The position numbers and the translations under genes are program-made. This document shows positions 57,801 through 64,000 of a stretch of DNA of 64,000 bases, one piece after another (position 1 is the stretch's first letter; each line of letters opens with the position of its first letter). The notes below the pieces were generated by a model. It saw only the letters and a list, made by a program, of their open reading frames with translations, was not told the origin of the DNA and ran no database searches. The DNA is from a virus. Taxonomy: Duplodnaviria; Caudoviricetes. Where the stretch lies: IMG/VR virus record IMGVR_UViG_3300048502_000015, positions 1 to 64,000 of that record, one strand, 5' to 3'.

Positions 57801-57949
57801 GCTACTAATGAGATAGGAGTAAGCTACTCCATAGGTTCGGTTAATCCGTTGATCATGCCAATCTAATCAGCATAAGAGGCATCGATACTCTTCGTTAGCC
57901 AATGCTGTTAGCAACCCTTAGGATGGTCCCTTTCGGGAAAACTATCTCA

Positions 57950-58021
57950 AGCCGCCACCGAGAATCGAACTCGGGATGCATCCGTACCAAGGATGTGTGA
58001 TACCACTTACACCATGGCGGC
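57950..58021 (-). tRNA. tRNA-Thr (GGT)
   Basis: cloverleaf. Confidence 0.9.
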
Positions 58022-58126
58022 GAATTGGGAATCCAATAAATTGGCAGTTAGCATCAAATGCTACTGGTTTATATTCCCAAGATCTCTACAAGAAACTGTT
58101 GCCCAGCTTCTTGCAAGTTTGAATTA

Positions 58127-58201
58127 TCGGGACGGCTGGATTCGAACCAGCGCTCACTCACTTCCAAGGCGAGGATGTTGACCAGGCTACACTACGCCCC
58201 G
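58127..58201 (-). tRNA. tRNA-Pro (TGG)
   Basis: cloverleaf. Confidence 0.9.
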
Positions 58202-58247
58202 TTGGAGCAGAGAAGACCTTTGACAGCCTACTCTGCAAGTTACTTCA

Positions 58248-58322
58248 TGGACCTATTCGGGTTCGAACCGAAAACCTTCTCCGTGCAAGGGAGTTGCTCT
58301 ACCAAATTGGAGCTACAGGCCC
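58248..58322 (-). tRNA. tRNA-Ala (TGC)
   Basis: cloverleaf, G3:U70. Confidence 0.9.
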
Positions 58323-58445
58323 AGACACCTGGGAAGATTGGTATCCCAGGCTTACTATCCAATGTATATTTAACGATTGGCCAATCACCGACCGACAGAG
58401 CAGGGCTAGACCCCTCTGTGATGCATGGCCTCTTCTAGCGAGGAG

Positions 58446-58519
58446 TGCCTCTCCTGGGACTCGAACCCAGACTGATACGCTTCTAAGGCGTAGTCCTCTA
58501 CCAATTGGGATAGAGAGGC
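58446..58519 (-). tRNA. tRNA-Leu (TAG), short variable arm
   Basis: cloverleaf. Confidence 0.85.
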
Positions 58520-58711
58520 TAGTGCCCTCTCCTACCAGAAAGGAGGAGGGTTAGGAGAGGGCTGGGGGGACCAAGGGAATAAGCCCTTTACGCGGTCCCC
58601 GGTGCTACATTCTAGATACTGCAAATCACTCTAATAATCACATATTACAACTTGGAATCCGATCTAGGCCGGAACTTTTATGTTTCATGGATCCATAACC
58701 GCCGAAGCGGA

Positions 58712-58792
58712 TACCCACAAGAGGATTCGAACCTCTACGCCTTTCGGCACAACGTTCTTAGCGTTGCATGTCTACCATTCCATCATGTGGGC
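58712..58792 (-). tRNA. tRNA-Leu (AAG)
   Basis: cloverleaf, loop CTAAGAA. Confidence 0.88.
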
Positions 58793-58861
58793 GTACCCAT
58801 CGTGGCTCATGGGGCATCCGGACTACGATGGCTATCCGGTTTAGGCCAACCCTTACTAACT

Positions 58862-58932
58862 CTCGGGACGCCGGATTCGAACCGACTTCTCAGGGAACAA
58901 GATCCCTGCGCATTTCCTGTTGCTAATCCCTA
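58862..58932 (-). ncRNA. tRNA-like RNA with non-canonical anticodon loop
   Basis: D and T arms canonical; CAGGGA-TCTTGT-TCCCTG. Confidence 0.55.
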
Positions 58933-59255
58933 CCTCAATCCAACCGTCGCCAGAAAGAGGATACTTGGTCCGTTGGGGTACATGGCCACGATCCCGTCAT
59001 CGTGGACGGGGCACCCATGAGATATGCCAACGGAAAGTGATCCAAACCATTTTCAGAAGAATTCAGGCTATACCTGTTCAATCTACGCGGATTGTCTTCT
59101 AGGTTCAGCTTGCAGTCGTGGGAATCGCACCCAATGGCGGTATTACCCGTCCACTCTTCGTGGGTCCATAAGATAGCGGCCCTCTTGTACTCCCGGAGGC
59201 TTCACTTCTACGTATTCCGGTTTCCTCATGCATATCTTACTTATCTTCGACTAAG

Positions 59256-59342
59256 TGCTGGCCGAGGGATTCGAACCCCCATGGATTGTTTTGCCCGCTC
59301 GGGTTACAGCCGAGTGCAGCTAACCGTATCTGCGTGACCAGC
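59256..59342 (-). tRNA. tRNA-Tyr (GTA)
   Basis: cloverleaf. Confidence 0.88.
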
Positions 59343-59583
59343 ATAAATATAGATAACCGGGCGCTAAACCCAGTGGTTCTAATCACCCGCTTTATAGACC
59401 CTATATGTATTGTCTACGAATAGGCGGGGAGTCATCGCCATCCAGGGGGTTATTGGCCCACCTAAGTCTAAATCAAACTTCTGAAGTATCTTAGATCCTG
59501 GTCAGGCTGCGGATTGATTTGTGCCCCGGAGGGTTATTCCTTTTCGGAACCGCGTGGTTTATCTATGTTTTACTGCTTTCAAC

Positions 59584-59613
59584 AGTATATCAGACTTTCT
59601 GATGTCCTGTCAA
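59584..59613 (-). promoter_or_regulatory. sigma70/SigA-type promoter TTGACA-18-TATACT
   Basis: near-consensus. Confidence 0.8.
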
Positions 59614-59614
59614 G

Positions 59615-59688
59615 TACCCCTGGAGAGATTCGAACTCCCGACCTAGCCGGTAGAAACGGCTTGCTCTAATCCACTGAGCTACAAAGGC
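59615..59688 (-). tRNA. tRNA-Arg (TCT)
   Basis: cloverleaf. Confidence 0.92.
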
Positions 59689-59754
59689 AAGATGGTTGTT
59701 TGTATTTTAGCGGCCATTCCATACCGCTTCTATAAGATATCATACTTCCAATTC

Positions 59755-59793
59755 AAAAAACAAGGCCCCAGAAATAAATTTCGGAGGCCCTTG
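59755..59793 (-). terminator. intrinsic terminator of putative attenuator
   Basis: CAAGGGCCTCCGAAAT-TT-ATTTCTGGGGCCTTG-TTTTTT. Confidence 0.75.
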
Positions 59794-59819
59794 GGTCCAA
59801 GCATATTGGTTCCCAAGGA

Positions 59820-59879
59820 TTACAAGGCAAAGCCTCTTTGCGAATAATTCGGTAGTAATACTGGATCAGACATGTTCAT
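59820..59879 (-). CDS. 19-aa leader peptide MNMSDPVLLPNYSQRGFAL
   Basis: starts 8 nt after -10 box; precedes alternative hairpins. Confidence 0.6.
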   Translation of the reverse strand: MNMSDPVLLPNYSQRGFAL

Positions 59880-59887
59880 ATATTATC

Positions 59888-59917
59888 AGTGTAGCATATT
59901 CTATTTTGTAGTGTCAA
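59888..59917 (-). promoter_or_regulatory. promoter TTGACA-18-TACACT at head of tRNA array
   Basis: near-consensus with TG extension. Confidence 0.75.
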
Positions 59918-60054
59918 TGAGGAATTAATTTGTGGGGCCGTCCGCGATAATCATCTATACCAACGATCAGTCCATGGTCCAACAGTAGCGCTCCATATGA
60001 AAATTCCAATCCAACATATGATAACACCGCTAAATGTGATAACAAGCACTTCAA

Positions 60055-60630
60055 TCATTCAGTCCTCCTTGTAGACCTTGAGTACCCGTCCGGCAATAAA
60101 ACACCTTCAAGCGGAACGACTGCACCATGCGCGCGAAACGCCTCAGAGAACGCGTCCAGATCGCACCCGTAGTAGATGACAGCACAAGACATTGGGGCGC
60201 CTTTGTGGTCCGGTCTTCCTGCGATATAGAATTTGACCCGAGGTTCGTAGAGGAAGCAAACTGCGGCGGCTCGCGGATACACGAAGCGTTTCCAATGGCT
60301 GGTGTTGGTAGCGACTGGGACGAGCGCGATGACCTCTGATCCTGCGGCCGCTGCCTCTGCGATCCGCGCGAACCAGTCCAGGATCCGAGTGCCCCTCTGT
60401 TGGTCGGAACCGTACGGCGGGTTGACATAGATCCGTTGGTAGTCCCACGACTCAGCCAGGCCATCGTGCTCGGGGAGTTCGTAGCTGACGCGCGCGCCCA
60501 CCACCGAGTGAGCATTGGAGCACGGGTCGAGATCAATGTCGCCTCCGAACGTCCGTCGGACGGACGCGAGAAGCGCAGGTGGTGTGCACCAATCCTTCGT
60601 CTCAGTGACTGATTGTCGGCCTGCGGTCAT
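60055..60630 (-). CDS. DNA N6-adenine methyltransferase (phage type)
   Basis: WCTP..DLDPC..DGL..YVNPPYG. Confidence 0.85.
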   Translation of the reverse strand: MTAGRQSVTETKDWCTPPALLASVRRTFGGDIDLDPCSNAHSVVGARVSYELPEHDGLAESWDYQRIYVNPPYGSDQQRGTRILDWFARIAEAAAAGSEVIALVPVATNTSHWKRFVYPRAAAVCFLYEPRVKFYIAGRPDHKGAPMSCAVIYYGCDLDAFSEAFRAHGAVVPLEGVLLPDGYSRSTRRTE

Positions 60631-60833
60631 GCGCGTTCAGCCTTAGTCCGGTTCTCGTCGCTCATTCGCTAGACCCGACCATCCACGGATCATCGTCTGT
60701 GCCGATCACGTCGTTGCCATCGGTCGGCAATGAAGTCTCGAACGGTGGGACTAGCTCGTGCTCGTACGCTGCCTGGTCGCCGCTCCGCGTCGGCGGCGTA
60801 ATCGGCCCGTCCATTATCCAGTCAGCGAGCTTG

Positions 60834-61247
60834 TCAGGCATCTGGCTTTCCTTCCTGCCTCTCAGACCCCAAAGCGCTCAACGGCTGATAATCGGGGATT
60901 GAGCGCCAGACGCCGTGATCGAGCCAGCCATGCCAGCCAGCGGGCGAATCGAAGACCGAAGGCGTCACGGTGATCGAGCAGCCCCGAGTGTGACCTATCG
61001 CAGCCGCCCGTTCCCTCTCGTCAGCCGGGCTACTCCCGAGCGGGTCGCCAGCCGACACGGCGCCGTCATCGTGTTCGGTGACCGACCAACGATCATCTAG
61101 ACGTCCGAGCACGCCAGTCGGCAGACATACCCACCAGTAGAGATCGGTGGGGTCCGCGACGCCCTTACCGGCGCGACCATAGTCCCCTGGTTCGTAGTCG
61201 TTGGGCACCGTACCGATGGGGACGCGCCTGCCCTGTAGCTCAGTCAT
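60834..61247 (-). CDS. hypothetical protein (GC-rich island)
   Basis: SD AAAGGAG before MTELQ; ITVTPSV..WHGWL. Confidence 0.6.
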   Translation of the reverse strand: MTELQGRRVPIGTVPNDYEPGDYGRAGKGVADPTDLYWWVCLPTGVLGRLDDRWSVTEHDDGAVSAGDPLGSSPADERERAAAIGHTRGCSITVTPSVFDSPAGWHGWLDHGVWRSIPDYQPLSALGSERQEGKPDA

Positions 61248-61512
61248 CGTCGCTCCTTTCCAGAATCCGTAGCGCCTCGGCGCAGACGATCCACTCTGAC
61301 CGGCCCAGACGCTCACGTAACACGGCCTCCCGGCTCTCCTTTTCGAGTTCTTCTCTGATCTGCTGATAGAGGCCGGGAAGGGCAGCCGCGAGGATTAGTT
61401 TCGTGATGCGCTGATCGAGCAGAATTACCGGATTCGTCATTCCGATGTTCCGTCGCTCTCTCCCGAGTATCCTCGCTCCAATTTCTATCGCTTCTTTGCT
61501 TGGCTCGATCAT
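61240..61512 (-). CDS. hypothetical protein
   Basis: coupled ORF MIEPS. Confidence 0.55.
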   Translation of the reverse strand: MIEPSKEAIEIGARILGRERRNIGMTNPVILLDQRITKLILAAALPGLYQQIREELEKESREAVLRERLGRSEWIVCAEALRILERSDDD

Positions 61513-61712
61513 CCTACCATTTCTCCGTGTAGCGGGCAAATATAGGAGTACCCGGTCTTTAGGACCATCTGCTTACCGCAAGACGAATACTCGCCTTCCT
61601 TCTTTGCAGTATTAGCATGACATACTGCTGTTTCGTTTACTACATGGCTTCCAGAAAGAGGAGAAGTCTTTCTCCCCGATCCGGGATTATATCCTCTAGA
61701 TGTTTGCATCAT
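61509..61712 (-). CDS. small Cys-containing hypothetical
   Basis: coupled ORF. Confidence 0.55.
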   Translation of the reverse strand: MMQTSRGYNPGSGRKTSPLSGSHVVNETAVCHANTAKKEGEYSSCGKQMVLKTGYSYICPLHGEMVG

Positions 61713-62017
61713 AGCTTCACCAGATCCTCAAACGTAAAGCCCCGTCCGTAGACATGATGCCCGTCAAAGTAGTCCTCGATTCCGTCATCGAAGAGAATTG
61801 TAACTCGCGGAGGCCAGTATACAGAACGGCCTTCGTCGTCAACATCTCCATCCGGATCGCTAAGCTGGATGATAACTCCCGACGATTCCTCTACAGGAAT
61901 CTTGTTAGGACCAGCAAGCCTTACTCGATCACCCTTGTCGAATGATTCCCATTCGGCGTCGTGATATCCATAGGCATCTGGCGGACCTTCATATTCACCT
62001 TGTTCAAAATAATTCAT
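61709..62017 (-). CDS. hypothetical protein (leaderless)
   Basis: TGTGCTATACT-6nt-ATG. Confidence 0.65.
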   Translation of the reverse strand: MNYFEQGEYEGPPDAYGYHDAEWESFDKGDRVRLAGPNKIPVEESSGVIIQLSDPDGDVDDEGRSVYWPPRVTILFDDGIEDYFDGHHVYGRGFTFEDLVKL

Positions 62018-62046
62018 AGATGAAGTATAGCACAACTTGATCACTA

Positions 62047-62185
62047 AAGCGAAAGAGCCTCCATAACGGCCCGCTCAGCGGACTAGGAGACTCTTTCTGG
62101 GAATGTCAGATGGTTCCTGACGCCGCTGGGAATTGCCTATCTATCCCGAGATACACACCCTTGGTTCCTGGCAACCTTTCTGACT
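62047..62185 (-). ncRNA. candidate small RNA
   Basis: promoter TGTGCTATACT (62191-62201), long stem, terminator hairpin. Confidence 0.45.
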
Positions 62186-62238
62186 ACCTAAGTATAGCAC
62201 ATAGTCGTTAGTACACGTAAAATGTGTATTCGCGTACT

Positions 62239-63927
62239 TTATGCGCCGCAAACACCTGAACGGCAAAAGGCATCTTCCGACTCCTCAAAAGTTACTCCAG
62301 TTTGTCCTAGAGCCTCTTCGTAAGGAACTGCCGTCAAAGGTTGTCCTGCACGAGCGCCATCCGGATAACAGGTCACACCACGAAGTCTTGGAAGATAAGT
62401 CATCAGCGTATCCCCAAATAGTTGAACATCCTGATCGTCAACAACAGATGAAGGTAGGTTGATAGTTGATGAAATTCCGTGATCTACATAGTCCTGAAGA
62501 TCGGCCTGGAACTTGATCCTACGCTCATAATCATAGGAGAGCATGTAAGCATCCTCGATCTTATCGGGATCGATTCCATGTTCCTGAACCAATCTGTGGG
62601 CAGTTGGATCAATAACGTATTGGTACTTCCACTTTTGATCTGTATCAAGGAAGCGACGCTTCATCGCTGTACAGAACACTGGTTCAGCAGAAGTAGTGGT
62701 TTCTGCCACAATCCCAATTGTTCCGTTTGGAGCAATTGCCCGAGTCTTAACTGGACGACTCAGCTTATGCTTGTCTGCCCATTCTCCGGCTCGCTCAGTA
62801 GACGTTGTATAGACTTCCATCCATTCACGAAGCTCTGGAACCATCTCGTAACGATATCCACGCTTTAGAAGCCATTCATGGACACCCATTAGACCTAGAC
62901 CTAGACGACGGTTCTTTTCTCGTGTCTTACGAATCTCCTCATGGGGAAGATCTGAGTATACGGTTCCGGCTAGCAAGAATAGGGTTCCAAGCTTTACTAC
63001 CTCGGCAAACTCTTCTTTAGACTCGATACGAGAAAGATTGATTGACCCAAGACAACAAACGTCAGAATCATCTTCGCTAGTTATCTCACAACAAGGGTTA
63101 CGTAGGTTCTCTTTAGCATTCTGGCCAACATCAATTGAGAATCCTGGCTCTCCGTGTCGAAGCATATGTTCTGTGGCCGTCCAATAGACCCGGTTCGCCC
63201 AATCATGCTTTGGATGTTTTTCATTGTTGTACGCAAAAAAGAACTCGGTATCCAAAATGACAGAGATGTTCGTCATGTCTAAAGTAGCCGGAGCACTAAA
63301 GTCCTTTTCCTTCGCGGCCTTAACCTCATCTGACCAATCCTTAGAAGTGATCCACGAAAAGATATCGGGATGATTCCAATGGAGTCCTCCCCAAATAGCA
63401 CTTCTACGAGATCCTCCCTGCATAACATGACGAGCAACTTCGTTAACCATACATGCGGGAGAAAGAGGACCAGTTGCTACTCCACCAGTCTTCTTAATGA
63501 GCTTTCCGCTCTCCCGAATGTCGGAGTATACGACACCTACACCACCGCCGCTAGACAACGACAAAATAGACTTTCTAACTAGATCGGCCCATCCCTCTCT
63601 AGAATCTTCACATCTATAGAGGAAACAGTTGTTAATGTAATGAAGCTCATGTCCTGCCGAACGCAAATAACGTCCACCGGGCATAAATTTACGCTGTGCT
63701 ACGAGAGCTACTAACCTTTGAAATTCTGGGTCCCGATCCGTATACCCAAGTGCTCCTAAAACGAATCTAACTACTCGATAAGCTGTATCTGGCCAAGCTT
63801 CAACCGGGTTCTGATTGTCGTCTTTCCATGCGTACTTATCCGTGTACTGCTTGATTGCCCAGTCTCCCATTTTGTCATTCGGATCGATCAACTCGTGTGG
63901 GTCAAAGGTTAGTGTTGCTGCTTCCAT
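62239..63927 (-). CDS. nrdJ: ribonucleotide reductase, class II (B12-dependent) type
   Basis: PGGRYL, NNCF, RRSA, NPCCEI, CCLGSIN, IAPNGT, ISSTINLP, C-terminal CRSGVC. Confidence 0.88.
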   Translation of the reverse strand: MEAATLTFDPHELIDPNDKMGDWAIKQYTDKYAWKDDNQNPVEAWPDTAYRVVRFVLGALGYTDRDPEFQRLVALVAQRKFMPGGRYLRSAGHELHYINNCFLYRCEDSREGWADLVRKSILSLSSGGGVGVVYSDIRESGKLIKKTGGVATGPLSPACMVNEVARHVMQGGSRRSAIWGGLHWNHPDIFSWITSKDWSDEVKAAKEKDFSAPATLDMTNISVILDTEFFFAYNNEKHPKHDWANRVYWTATEHMLRHGEPGFSIDVGQNAKENLRNPCCEITSEDDSDVCCLGSINLSRIESKEEFAEVVKLGTLFLLAGTVYSDLPHEEIRKTREKNRRLGLGLMGVHEWLLKRGYRYEMVPELREWMEVYTTSTERAGEWADKHKLSRPVKTRAIAPNGTIGIVAETTTSAEPVFCTAMKRRFLDTDQKWKYQYVIDPTAHRLVQEHGIDPDKIEDAYMLSYDYERRIKFQADLQDYVDHGISSTINLPSSVVDDQDVQLFGDTLMTYLPRLRGVTCYPDGARAGQPLTAVPYEEALGQTGVTFEESEDAFCRSGVCGA

Positions 63928-64000
63928 TTATCTTCCTTGTTAAAAATTTTCTGATGCTCGTGGGTATTACCCTCCAGAGTTAATCATCCATATAGGAGGC

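Noticed and set aside
51614-59337. Many short ORFs overlapping tRNA genes
   Set aside because: Translations of tRNA or ncRNA sequence with no coding signals
43751-59688. Suppressor tRNAs / alternative genetic code
   Set aside because: No CTA, TTA or TCA anticodon found; TAG and TGA terminate normal genes

Overview
A 64-kb segment of a large lytic tailed phage, probably a myovirus of an actinobacterial host (inference from leaderless TGnTATAnT promoters, CCA-less tRNAs, GH25 lysin, and portal/terminase style). It is coded almost entirely on the minus strand. Bases 1-24 are a library adapter. A >1300-codon multidomain ORF (4004 to the contig end), missed by the ORF track, contains four small membrane-protein genes nested antisense, driven by two copies of the phage's own promoter motif. 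Next come early hypothetical genes, rIIA/rIIB, CysH, an NTase-2H phosphoesterase, a 1110-aa polyvalent CCA-adding enzyme, nucleotide-metabolism genes, the portal/terminase/head module, tail-fibre-like genes and a lysin. A ~16-kb RNA region (43.7-59.9 kb) holds about 38 CCA-less tRNAs for all 20 amino acids, tmRNA, an RNase P RNA, Pth2, a NAMPT/NMNAT-Nudix pair, endonuclease genes abutting tRNA halves, circularly permuted and anticodon-less tRNA mimics, and a leader-peptide attenuator. The window ends with a GC-rich adenine-methyltransferase island and class II RNR. All RNA calls and translations outside the ORF track were made by hand; no database searches were run.
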